A DNA stretch of 43,002 bases from a virus (IMGVR_UViG_2565956721_000005); one strand, 5' to 3'; shown: positions 22,011 through 29,809, numbered from the stretch's first letter. A program made the numbers and translations. The notes: generated by a model from the letters alone, not told the origin.

Positions 22011-22244
22011 ATGTCAACGAAGAACAGAACCCGCAGAACAACAACCCGCAACATCCGCTTTCCTAACCAAATGATTGAACAAATTAACATCGCTCTTGTT
22101 CAAAAAGGGTCCGGGAATTTCTCAGCCTGGGTCATTGAAGCCTGCCGCCGGAGACTGTGCTCAGAAAAAAGAGTTTCGCCTGAAGCAAACAAAGAAAAGA
22201 GTGACATTACTGAATTGCTCAGAAAACAGGTCAGACCAGATTGA
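22011..22244 (+). CDS. small basic protein, possibly ribbon-helix-helix (YlcI/DUF3950-like, from memory)
   Basis: 77 aa MSTKNRTRRTTTRNIRFPNQMIEQINIALVQKGSGNFSAWVIEACRRRL; opposite strand to phage late genes. Confidence 0.5.
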   Translation: MSTKNRTRRTTTRNIRFPNQMIEQINIALVQKGSGNFSAWVIEACRRRLCSEKRVSPEANKEKSDITELLRKQVRPD

Positions 22245-22301
22245 AGCAATTTAGATAATCGTGCAGACTACCCCCCCTCATATCACATGGAAGGTACTAC
22301 A

Positions 22302-22712
22302 ATGGCTCAGATTGCCATTTTTAAACAAATATTCGATAAAGTGCGAAATAATTTAAACTATCACTGGTTTTATTCTGAACTAAAACGTCACAATGTCTCA
22401 CATTACATTTACTATTTAGCCACAGAGAATATTCATCTTGTTCTTGAAAACGATAATACGGTTTTAATAAAAGGACAGGGTAAGGTTGTAAATGTAAGAT
22501 TTTCAAAAAATAAATGCCTTATAGAAGCCACCTTAAAAGGATTCAAATCAGGAGAGTTATCATTTTACGAATACAGGAAAAATCTTGCTACAGCAGGGGT
22601 TTTCAGATGGATTACAAATATCCACGAAAACAAAAGGTATTACTATACCTTTGATAATTCATTACTCTTTACTGAGAACATTCAGAACACTACACAAATA
22701 TTTCCGCACTAA
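22302..22712 (+). CDS. hypothetical protein (YbcV/DUF1398-like, from memory); AT-rich moron
   Basis: ORF with GGAAGG RBS before MAQIAIFKQ; AT-rich; ORF track gives 22287 as an alternative start. Confidence 0.5.
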   Translation: MAQIAIFKQIFDKVRNNLNYHWFYSELKRHNVSHYIYYLATENIHLVLENDNTVLIKGQGKVVNVRFSKNKCLIEATLKGFKSGELSFYEYRKNLATAGVFRWITNIHENKRYYYTFDNSLLFTENIQNTTQIFPH

Positions 22713-23019
22713 ATCATAACGTCCGGTTTCTTCCGTGCCAGAACCGGACTCGCTGGCATGATGAAATATGTGTACCCGGTAACCCCGGTGTGCATCGTTT
22801 TTGATTATTCCCCCACACTTGTGCAGAAGGAGTTCCCCGTCAGGCTACAGTCATAATTAATGCAAGAGTACAGCGACGATACAGCGCACAGAAATAAATC
22901 AGGTATCCATTGACTTCACAAAGACGGTACATAGCATCGACAGGAGTAATTGCGTAAATTGAACTCTTGGCACACTTTAGCCACCGGCGAATCTTCAGCG
23001 GATTATCCTTGGCCGGTTT

Positions 23020-23484
23020 TTATCTGAGGCATTGCTCTCGAATGTATAGCTGTGCCCCTTCAAGTTGTTTTTGCATTATTATCAGTCGCGCTCTGAGGGT
23101 GAAATAATCCCGTTCAGCGGTGTCTGCCAGTCGGGGGGAGGCTGCATTATCCACGCCGGAGGCGGTGGTGGCTTCACGCACTGACTGACAGACTGCTTTG
23201 ATGTGCAACCGACGACGACCAGCGGCAACATCATCACGCAGAGCATCATTTTCAGCTTTCGCATCAGCTAACTCCTTCGTGTATTTTGCATCGAGCGCAG
23301 CAACATCACGCTGACGCATCTGCATGTCAGTAATTGCCGCGTTCGCCAGCTTCAGTTCTCTGACATTTTTGTCGCGCTGGGCTTTGTAGGTAATGGCGTT
23401 ATCACGGTAATGATTCAGCCCCAGACTAAGCGCACCACAGGCCACCAGCAGGGCAATGATGACCACGCACAGTACGCGGTTCAT
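23020..23484 (-). CDS. Rz: i-spanin Rz
   Basis: 154 aa ...[78 protein letters not shown]... near-identical to lambda Rz. Confidence 0.95.
   Translation of the reverse strand: MNRVLCVVIIALLVACGALSLGLNHYRDNAITYKAQRDKNVRELKLANAAITDMQMRQRDVAALDAKYTKELADAKAENDALRDDVAAGRRRLHIKAVCQSVREATTASGVDNAASPRLADTAERDYFTLRARLIIMQKQLEGAQLYIREQCLR
23082..23264 (-). CDS. Rz1: o-spanin Rz1 (lipoprotein embedded in Rz, +1 frame)
   Basis: 60 aa [58 protein letters not shown] matches lambda Rz1. Confidence 0.9.
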   Translation of the reverse strand: MRKLKMMLCVMMLPLVVVGCTSKQSVSQCVKPPPPPAWIMQPPPDWQTPLNGIISPSERD

Positions 23485-23485
23485 T

Positions 23486-23584
23486 TCACCACCAGCGTAT
23501 CTGACCGATGAAATAACCAGAGGCCATAATCACAAACACCAGCCAGATAAGAATGAACTTCCAGGTGGATAATTTTTCAGCCAT
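23486..23584 (-). CDS. candidate 32-aa hydrophobic peptide ORF immediately upstream of Rz (unannotated class)
   Basis: ATG preceded by GGGAGA RBS; [32 protein letters not shown]; stop 1 nt before the Rz ATG. Confidence 0.35.
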   Translation of the reverse strand: MAEKLSTWKFILIWLVFVIMASGYFIGQIRWW

Positions 23585-23664
23585 CACTCGAATCTCCCGA
23601 ATCAGTTTGCTAAAATCAAACACACTTTCTCCTTTGACTTTTCCGGAGTCAGGAAACACAAAAC

Positions 23665-23700
23665 CCCGCTTGGAGCCAACAAACGGGGTTTTTACTTTTA
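23665..23700. terminator. bidirectional hairpin terminator between endolysin and small ORF/Rz
   Basis: CCCCGCTTGGAGCCAACAAACGGGG with T-runs on both strands. Confidence 0.5.
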
Positions 23701-23782
23701 TTCACTTACGTTTCGCCACTTCGCAGGATTTCATGTTATCCGCCCGCGTGGCCATGCCTTATTTTTCAGCAAAATATTCTGC

Positions 23783-24316
23783 TTATCTGTCGATACCCCA
23801 GCACGCCAGCGCGCTCTCCTGGTCACGACGGGATACCTGACCGTAGCAGTTGTTTGAACGAATACGGCAGTCTCTGCCACCGTCCTTAATCCACCAGCGA
23901 ATCGCCTCACACGCTCCCCTGCGATCACCTGCATTAATTCGTTTATAAAACGTCGACGGGAAACACTTACCGGGACCAATGTTGTACGGACAGAATGACG
24001 CGATCCCCGCTTTCTGGGGTTCGCTCAATGGCACTTTGATGTTTTTCTCCACCCATGCCAGCGCCTTATCACGCTCAATGGCGTTGACCTGGTCGCATTT
24101 TTCCTTCGACAGTTTCATACCGGGAAAAACGGGTTTTCCATCCACCATCGTGGCCCCCCGACAGATGGTCCAGTTGCCGGAACCATCGCGGTATGCCGTA
24201 GTGTGGTTACCCTCTTTTTCATCCAGAAACTGGTCAAGTATCTGAGGAGCTGATGCGCCTGCTCCAATCAGCGCCAGAACTGCAGCTGACAGGCCGTATT
24301 TGATTTTTGCGTTCAT
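23783..24316 (-). CDS. R: SAR endolysin (T4-lysozyme-like, GH24) with N-terminal signal-anchor-release domain
   Basis: 177 aa; Gly/Ala-rich weakly hydrophobic N-terminus then E...D...T catalytic spacing; matches recalled RrrD/P21-type lysozymes. Confidence 0.9.
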   Translation of the reverse strand: MNAKIKYGLSAAVLALIGAGASAPQILDQFLDEKEGNHTTAYRDGSGNWTICRGATMVDGKPVFPGMKLSKEKCDQVNAIERDKALAWVEKNIKVPLSEPQKAGIASFCPYNIGPGKCFPSTFYKRINAGDRRGACEAIRWWIKDGGRDCRIRSNNCYGQVSRRDQESALACWGIDR

Positions 24317-24421
24317 GGATATTTATCAGGATTTATCGGTTTCTGAACCCTGGATATGTTTATCTGTCCCGGCCTGTTGAATCAGGCGGGGAAAAGGTAA
24401 AGACAATCAAGAGGATTATTT

Positions 24422-24694
24422 ATGGACAATAGCACCATTTCTCTACAGGAGTTGCTCGACTGCATTTCCAGGCTTCGGGATGATGTAAATGCCCTCACTG
24501 TTGCATTTTCACATCTGGCCTTATCAATTCCCAGGGAGCAAATGCTGCCAACGCTGGCATCCATTCATTTTGAATCACGCAACCCCAAATGGTCCCAGGA
24601 ACAACAAAATTCTTTCAAGTGGCTGGCGGCATTGCTGGAAGAAAATTATGCTGGCAAAACTACCATTTCGGCGGAGTCTTCAGGGAACCAGTAA
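24422..24694 (+). CDS. hypothetical 90-aa protein on the strand opposite the lysis genes
   Basis: AAGAGGA RBS 6 nt before ATG; plausible helical protein; overlaps 3' end of the ydfR-like gene by 35 nt. Confidence 0.4.
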   Translation: MDNSTISLQELLDCISRLRDDVNALTVAFSHLALSIPREQMLPTLASIHFESRNPKWSQEQQNSFKWLAALLEENYAGKTTISAESSGNQ

Positions 24695-25004
24695 TCCTTC
24701 CCGGTAGCTTTCCTTTGTAGGTTATCCATACATTCTGCGCCTCTAAAATTACGGGGCGCTTTTCCGGCGACTGCTCATCCCCTTCACATAACCCGGCAGC
24801 GACATCCAGGAAGACCTGTCTGATGCTCCTTCTGGCCGCTGCCTCATAAAACTCCAGCGCAGCACCTTCAACACGGTCCAGCGAGATGTCCAGGTCAAAA
24901 ATTTCACCGTCAAAGCGTTCTTTGTCCTGTAATGCTAAAGTTACCGTAACTTTATTCTCAAAATTGCGGATCCCTTTCACAATCAGTTCATAGTTTTGAG
25001 TCAT
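24660..25004 (-). CDS. lysis-cassette protein of unknown function (YdfR/DUF1327-like, from memory)
   Basis: 114 aa, start 4 nt after holin stop with RBS GGGGAGAG inside the holin 3' end. Confidence 0.55.
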   Translation of the reverse strand: MTQNYELIVKGIRNFENKVTVTLALQDKERFDGEIFDLDISLDRVEGAALEFYEAAARRSIRQVFLDVAAGLCEGDEQSPEKRPVILEAQNVWITYKGKLPGRITGSLKTPPKW

Positions 25005-25008
25005 TGAA

Positions 25009-25224
25009 TTACTCTCCCCGTGCCGCCTTACGACGGTCCTCTCTGATTTTGAAATACAGGTTAGTCAGATATGTCAGCAGCCCAAACAGCAGACTCCCCA
25101 GCACGCCTATTGCCGCCCACTGAGACGGGGAAACCCTGTCCAGCAACTGCAGGAACCAGTAGCCCGTTCCCACCGCTGACGTGGTGTATGACACACCTGT
25201 TGTGATTTTTTCCATCTGGTCCAT
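25009..25224 (-). CDS. S: pinholin (S21-like class II holin) with dual-start motif MDQM
   Basis: 71 aa ...[46 protein letters not shown] matches recalled phage 21 S; ORF track start at 25329 is an upstream extension. Confidence 0.9.
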   Translation of the reverse strand: MDQMEKITTGVSYTTSAVGTGYWFLQLLDRVSPSQWAAIGVLGSLLFGLLTYLTNLYFKIREDRRKAARGE

Positions 25225-25492
25225 ACCCCGTCTCCCGTTATCCGGAAGCTGAAAACAATAAAAAAGCCACCAGTTAACTACTGATGGCTCTGATAACTCA
25301 TGCAAGCGTCTCAGACGACCCACTGACACTACCGGTGAGTTTAACGATACCTTCCATTTGACTGGCTCACTTTTTATGATGATGCCGATGCATTTATCTC
25401 CAGCGCCAGACTTTCTATCTCAACGCCATACGTTACATTTTTGGTAATATCCATCAGCGTCAGTGCATTTAGTCCCACTGCCAGACTGTCTT

Positions 25493-25720
25493 TTATGGCC
25501 TGGAATGCCGGGCCAGTACGATGACGTAGTACCAATCCGGCTCAGTTGCACCACTGACCACCACATCACCTTCTGCTGCAATCGCCTGCATCAGGGTATA
25601 AGGGGTTATGGCCACCGGACTACCAAACGGCTGCCAGCCCTCCTTCAGTTTTTGTGTCAGTCGTTTCGCAAGGTCTGACGGCGATACCGCCCTGACCACG
25701 TCATAGTGTTTAAATGCCAT
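25493..25720 (-). CDS. hypothetical 75-aa protein upstream of holin
   Basis: Strong RBS GGGAGGA 6 nt before ATG; MAFKHYDVVRAVSPSDLAKRLTQKLKEGWQPFGSPVAITPYTLMQAIAAEGDVVVSGATEPDWYYVIVLARHSRP. Confidence 0.6.
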   Translation of the reverse strand: MAFKHYDVVRAVSPSDLAKRLTQKLKEGWQPFGSPVAITPYTLMQAIAAEGDVVVSGATEPDWYYVIVLARHSRP

Positions 25721-25907
25721 GAATCCTCCCGGCCGGGATAATATTGTGAGTAAAATAAGGAGCGGGCTGAAGTCCGGAAGTTACAGGACAATGGCAGAAG
25801 AGAGACGACAGCCCGCAATTCGAAAAAGACCGCGCAGTTGCGCAGAGTGATTACTATGGGGTATTATTCGCCAGCTGAAATATTACTTCACGTTTTATTG
25901 TTTATTC

Positions 25908-25942
25908 CTTGCCGCCCGCGTCTCCCAGCGCGGGCTTTTTTT
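25908..25942 (+). terminator. plus-strand intrinsic terminator (convergent with the minus-strand terminator at 25955-25978)
   Basis: GCCCGCG-TCTCCCAG-CGCGGGC followed by T7. Confidence 0.55.
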
Positions 25943-25954
25943 GCCCACAAGAAA

Positions 25955-26190
25955 ACCCCTCCGGAGAGGGGCTAAAGCCGCGTATCTGTATCATCATGCA
26001 CATGGTGCCGGGTGCCTCCCGGTGAGTTCAGCCCGGTGCCACTAAACCCGCGTCATTCTCGTTTTGATAATCAGAGATTATACCGTCACCAGTCGCCCCT
26101 CCGCTCAGGGGGATTCACCATGCGAAATTTTTTTAACAAATGCCCAGTCTGACAGGCAACTGTCAACTTACTGAATTGTGAGCAACATAG
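25955..26190 (-). repeat. direct repeat unit 1 (about 215 bp) with conserved GC hairpins, ending in a minus-strand intrinsic terminator (25955-25978)
   Basis: Shares long identical blocks with 26440-26655; terminal CCCCTC-TCCG-GAGGGG followed by TTTTCTT. Confidence 0.75.
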
Positions 26191-26227
26191 CATTTAACGG
26201 GGAACCTGTTTTCTGCAGTAAAAAGGC

Positions 26228-26255
26228 CCACCGGAGCGGATGGGCCTGGAAGGAT
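26228..26255 (-). terminator. intrinsic terminator between the two repeat units
   Basis: Minus strand GGCCCATCCGCTCCGGTGGGCC followed by TTTTTACTG. Confidence 0.5.
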
Positions 26256-26439
26256 AGCGGTCATGTGATGCCGGTTTCCCGGTAACTCAGCACCGGTATC
26301 TGAGTCAACGTTTTCTCTACTGGGTCATTTCCGATACGCCCTGCCTGCTGACAGGCTTTCATCACATCTGAAAATATAGCACCCTGACTGATACTGTAGT
26401 ACCTAAGGTTCCAGAAACTGTGATGTATCCGGCACAGAA

Positions 26440-26655
26440 AAGCCCCTCCGGAGAGGGGCTGGAGAGTGGCGCTATGTGCCATTGCATGGTGCCGGGTGCC
26501 TCCCGGTGAATTCAGTACCAGCACCTGAATCCGCGATTATCCCATATACCTACTCGCTGATTGCCCCTCCGCACAGGGGGATTCACCATGCCAGTTTCTT
26601 TTAACAAACTCCCCGCAAACCAGACAACAGTCAACCGCCTGAATTGTGAGACATT
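26440..26655 (-). repeat. direct repeat unit 2, paralog of 25955-26190, ending in a minus-strand intrinsic terminator (26443-26466)
   Basis: Conserved blocks GGTGCCGGGTGCCTCCCGGTGA, CCCCTCCGC.CAGGGGGATTCACCATG, CAGTCAAC..CTGAATTGTGAG; terminal CCCCTCTCCGGAGGGGCTTTTCT. Confidence 0.75.
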
Positions 26656-26695
26656 TAAAAAAAAGCCCGCAAAAGCGAGCCAGGGAAAATAAGTG

Positions 26696-26772
26696 TGGCG
26701 CGTTGTACTGGATTCGAACCAGTGACCGATTGCTTAGAAGGCAATTGCTCTGTCCGGCTGAGCTAACAACGC
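26696..26772 (-). tRNA. argO: tRNA-Arg, anticodon UCU (reads AGA/AGG); argO-like
   Basis: Cloverleaf read by hand: acceptor GCGTTGT, anticodon loop CTTCTAA, T-arm ACTGGTTCGAATCCAGT, 3' GCCA. Confidence 0.85.
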
Positions 26773-26785
26773 AGGATACAGATAA

Positions 26786-26862
26786 TGGACCGCCTTCGGG
26801 GACCCGAACTCCGCGCAACCAGCTTCGAAGGCTGGCGCTCTTTCCTGATGAGCTAATGGCGG
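26786..26862 (-). tRNA. argN: tRNA-Arg-like, anticodon UCG; non-canonical T-loop (TTCGGGT) and one acceptor-stem mismatch
   Basis: Cloverleaf read by hand: anticodon stem CCAGC/GCTGG, loop CTTCGAA, D-loop with GG, 3' ...GGTCCA. Confidence 0.6.
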
Positions 26863-26869
26863 TATGTGA

Positions 26870-26945
26870 TGGTGGCCCTTGCTGGATTTGAACCAGCGAC
26901 CTGGCGATTATGAGTCGCTCGCTCTCACCACTGAGCTAAAGGGCC
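26870..26945 (-). tRNA. ileZ: tRNA-Ile2, anticodon CAU (lysidine type, reads AUA); ileZ/ileX-like
   Basis: GGCCCTTTAGCTCAGTGGTGAGAGC...CTCATAA...GGTTCAAATCCAGCAAGGGCCACCA; near-identical to recalled E. coli ileX. Confidence 0.85.
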
Positions 26946-26954
26946 GGGAGCAGA

Positions 26955-26983
26955 ATAATAATGGTGCGTAATTAATTCTGCAA
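26955..26983 (-). promoter_or_regulatory. sigma70-type promoter for the tRNA operon (TTGCAG-17-TATTAT)
   Basis: Minus strand GATTGCAGAATTAATTACGCACCATTATTATTCTGCTCCC directly before the first tRNA. Confidence 0.6.
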
Positions 26984-26994
26984 TCTCATCCGTT

Positions 26995-28044
26995 TCAAAC
27001 GATTAAATCCTGAACTTCCCTGACTGTCTGCTCAAAACGTCCGGTCTCCAGCTCAACACCAATCGCACGACGCCCCAGTGCCATCGCCGCTTTTACCGTT
27101 GAACCCGACCCCATGAAAAAATCCGCAACCAGATCACCAGGACGGCTACTTGCGCTGATTATCTGCTGCAGCATTTCTGCCGGTTTTTCGCACGGATGTT
27201 TCCCGGGATAGAACTGCACCGGTTTATGCGTCCACACATCGGTATACGGCACCTGCACCGTCACGCCAAAATACCGCCGCAGATGTTTATATTCACTCAG
27301 CAGCTCCGCATACTGCCGGTTCAGTGAGGTATACGTATCCACCAGCTGGTGGTGGAGCTTTTCCAGTTCACCACGCCGATGCTTCTCTTCTGCCACCCGG
27401 GCAAACAGCGCCTGTAATTTCAGATAATCGCTTTCATTCGGTAGCTGCCACTGACTGGCACTGAACCAGTGCGACACCATGTTTTTCTTTCCTGTGGCAT
27501 CTGCAATCTGTTTTGCCGTTATCCCCAGGGCCGCGCGCGCATCACGAAAGTAAGAAATCAGCGGGGCCATCACATGCTGTTTCAGTGCACTGCCCTTCGC
27601 CGCATACCCGGCATCTTTCGGACGATACGGCCCCTGATAATGTTCCGCGAACAGAATGCGCTCTGTGGCGGGGAAATACGCCCGCAGCCTTTCCTTGTTG
27701 CATCCGTTCCAGCGTCCGGACGGCTTCGCCCAGATAATATGGTTCAGCACACTGAAGCGTTCACGCATCATGATTTCGATATCAGATGCCAGGCGATGAC
27801 CACAGAACAGGTAAAGACTTCCGGCAGGTTTCAGCACCCGCCAGAACTGCGCCAGACACTGGTCCAGCCACTTTAGGTAATCATCGTCGCCCTTCCACTG
27901 GTTATCCCAGCCCTCAGGCTTCACTTTAAAGTACGGCGGGTCCGTGACTATCAGGTCAACAGAATTTTCGGGTAACGACCGGATAAATTCCAGGCAGTCG
28001 GCGTTGATTAACTCACAACTGGATATTTTTACAGTATTAAGCAT
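26995..28044 (-). CDS. orphan DNA methyltransferase (beta-class amino-MTase, N6-adenine or N4-cytosine)
   Basis: 349 aa; motif IV TDPPY near the N-terminus and motif I DFFMGSGST near the C-terminus; no adjacent endonuclease. Confidence 0.8.
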   Translation of the reverse strand: MLNTVKISSCELINADCLEFIRSLPENSVDLIVTDPPYFKVKPEGWDNQWKGDDDYLKWLDQCLAQFWRVLKPAGSLYLFCGHRLASDIEIMMRERFSVLNHIIWAKPSGRWNGCNKERLRAYFPATERILFAEHYQGPYRPKDAGYAAKGSALKQHVMAPLISYFRDARAALGITAKQIADATGKKNMVSHWFSASQWQLPNESDYLKLQALFARVAEEKHRRGELEKLHHQLVDTYTSLNRQYAELLSEYKHLRRYFGVTVQVPYTDVWTHKPVQFYPGKHPCEKPAEMLQQIISASSRPGDLVADFFMGSGSTVKAAMALGRRAIGVELETGRFEQTVREVQDLIV

Positions 28045-28180
28045 GGATCATTAAGCCTGTCTCTGATAGGCTCATTCTGCTTTTGCGCAAAGCAGTGGGC
28101 CTGAGGTTTGCTTGTGATCCGGACGCATGAGCAGATGGCTGGTGGGTGCCCCTAACACCCACCAGCCGCCCATTTACCAC

Positions 28181-28208
28181 AAATAAAAAAGCCTTCACTG
28201 CGGAAGGC
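28181..28208 (-). terminator. intrinsic terminator after the 65-aa ORF
   Basis: Minus strand GCCTTCCGCAGTGAAGGC followed by TTTTTTATTTG. Confidence 0.6.
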
Positions 28209-28392
28209 GTCTGTAACAACCGAACTGATAGTCTGCCAGACCCGCCATAACCAGCTGAGTCAGTATTAACTGGCAGCGTTCGCGTGAAAGGTAAGTATTC
28301 TGCGCTATCTCCCCGACTGTCGCCGGGTCGGTAACGCTTAATTCATTAAACACCACTCTGGCGGTTTCTGTCATATCCTGCTGTTTTAGCAT
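28195..28392 (-). CDS. hypothetical 65-aa protein between two terminators downstream of pR'
   Basis: ATG with AAGGA RBS; MLKQQDMTETARVVFNELSVTDPATVGEIAQNTYLSRERCQLILTQLVMAGLADYQFGCYRRLPQ. Confidence 0.45.
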   Translation of the reverse strand: MLKQQDMTETARVVFNELSVTDPATVGEIAQNTYLSRERCQLILTQLVMAGLADYQFGCYRRLPQ

Positions 28393-28510
28393 GTCTTTTC
28401 CTTTTCCGGTTAACGTGACACACCAATAACTCTTGTCGAAAAAGCCAGCAAGCTGAAAGACAGGTATTCACCGCCACCAGCGCGTTTACTGTACTGACGC
28501 GATTTCAGTC

Positions 28511-28536
28511 ATAAAAAACCCGCCAGGCGGCGGGGT
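28511..28536 (-). terminator. tR'-like intrinsic terminator about 65 nt downstream of the late promoter
   Basis: Minus strand CCCGCC-GCCT-GGCGGG followed by TTTTTT. Confidence 0.6.
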
Positions 28537-28559
28537 GTAAAAAATCTTCTAACGTCAGG

Positions 28560-28611
28560 CATAAAACGCCCATCGTTAGAGCAAATTTACCACAGATTCG
28601 GGAAAAATCAA
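28560..28611 (-). promoter_or_regulatory. late promoter pR' with qut-like region (TTGATT-16-TAAATT)
   Basis: Minus strand TTGATTTTTCCCGAATCTGTGGTAAATTTGCTCTAACGATGGGCG resembles recalled lambda pR' (GGGTAAATTTGACTCAACGATGGG). Confidence 0.65.
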
Positions 28612-28616
28612 CAACA

Positions 28617-29438
28617 CTATCGCGTTACCCTCTTTAACTGCCGCTCCGCCCATGCCTCTTCAATGTCAAACCGAACCACCAACGTATCGTAAAAGCGTTT
28701 CACTGATTTTTTCCACGTATCAAGCGTGATAGCACTCGTCACTTTGCATATGGCATTAAATGCCTCCGTTGATGGCAGCCTTTCACAGCCACGACCACCA
28801 CAACGCTGGCAATCTCTGATAACAGGCATACCACGTTTTACCGACTCTTCACGATGAATGGCGACACCACGCCCACGGCAATCCTTACAGGCGGTGGAAA
28901 CCTCACCCTTTCCGCCACACTCCGGACAGGCAACTTTTACCACCTCCCTGACTTTTTTCCATTCTTCCCAGTAAGACGGATACACGCCTTTTGTGCACTT
29001 TGCCCACACTGGTGGCTTACCATCCGGATACTGGATCTTGTTTGTAAAAACCTCGCTTTCAATAAATTTTTTTCCGTGACAGCAAGGGCACTGTTTTTTG
29101 CTCGCCGCGCTACGGGCATAATCTTCAAACGCATACGAAGCCATAATGCGCATCACTACCGGTTTTATTTCTGCCGGAAGTTTTCTCAACGCCGCCACAC
29201 GATCGCACCGACTGAGTGCATAATCTGCCAGTAATTCTGTTGCCCGCGCCCTGTCATTCATACTGATGCCCATTTTCTCCAGGAACGCAGAAAACCCCAT
29301 CTCAGCCCGATTCTGTGTCATGCCCTGCGCGGCCATCACATCAGTGATACTCAGCGCATCTTTTGACGTTGAGGCCGATGCATCGGTCAGGCCAGGGGAT
29401 TTTGGGGAGTAGTATTTCGGTAAATCTTCCAGTTTCAT
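28617..29438 (-). CDS. antitermination protein Q (long Q family with CxxCxGxG zinc-finger repeats)
   Basis: 273 aa with CPCCHGKK, CPECGGKG, CKDCRGRG, CQRCGGRG; positioned immediately upstream of pR'. Confidence 0.75.
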   Translation of the reverse strand: MKLEDLPKYYSPKSPGLTDASASTSKDALSITDVMAAQGMTQNRAEMGFSAFLEKMGISMNDRARATELLADYALSRCDRVAALRKLPAEIKPVVMRIMASYAFEDYARSAASKKQCPCCHGKKFIESEVFTNKIQYPDGKPPVWAKCTKGVYPSYWEEWKKVREVVKVACPECGGKGEVSTACKDCRGRGVAIHREESVKRGMPVIRDCQRCGGRGCERLPSTEAFNAICKVTSAITLDTWKKSVKRFYDTLVVRFDIEEAWAERQLKRVTR

Positions 29439-29809
29439 TTTTTGACCTGCTCTTCATGCATTATGGGGTAAATCTTCACCCCCATACGTCCACCAGATAC
29501 TGGCTGACCACGAACGATATTGATTTCATCAAACTGCTCATCGTCCATTAACACTCCCGCATGCGTCAGCGCATCCAGCGGTGCTTTCAGGATATTGTCC
29601 AGGTCGCGACGACGCTTATCCGGTGGCTCTGCAATCACCTTTATCGCCAGCCTTCCGGACAGGCTTAATTTCAGCCGCTGCTGGCGAACAATAAGCGCCA
29701 CAGCCCGGCGATAACGCTTTCCCTCCTCCGAGATAAAATATGTGCTGCCACGGCGTCGCCAGTAAGTGTTCACCGTCGGCGGGTAAGGTAAAACCAAATC
29801 TATGAGCAT
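29435..29809 (-). CDS. rusA: Holliday junction resolvase RusA
   Basis: 124 aa ...PPDKRRRDLDNILKAPLDALTHAGVLMDDEQ... characteristic RusA motif. Confidence 0.85.
   Translation of the reverse strand: MLIDLVLPYPPTVNTYWRRRGSTYFISEEGKRYRRAVALIVRQQRLKLSLSGRLAIKVIAEPPDKRRRDLDNILKAPLDALTHAGVLMDDEQFDEINIVRGQPVSGGRMGVKIYPIMHEEQVKK

Noticed and set aside
22721-22760. Inverted repeat GTCCGGTT...AACCGGAC after the DUF1398-like gene
   Set aside because: No T-tract on either strand, so not called as an intrinsic terminator; possibly a protein-binding site, but support is insufficient.
25740-26690. Shiga toxin genes at the position expected in Stx-type phages
   Set aside because: No ORFs of stxA (about 320 aa) or stxB (about 90 aa) size or signal-peptide character; the space holds repeats and terminators instead.
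26261-26818. 87-aa and 93-aa minus-strand ORFs across the repeat and tRNA region
   Set aside because: They run through the tRNA genes and structured repeats; no RBS; better explained as non-coding RNA sequence.
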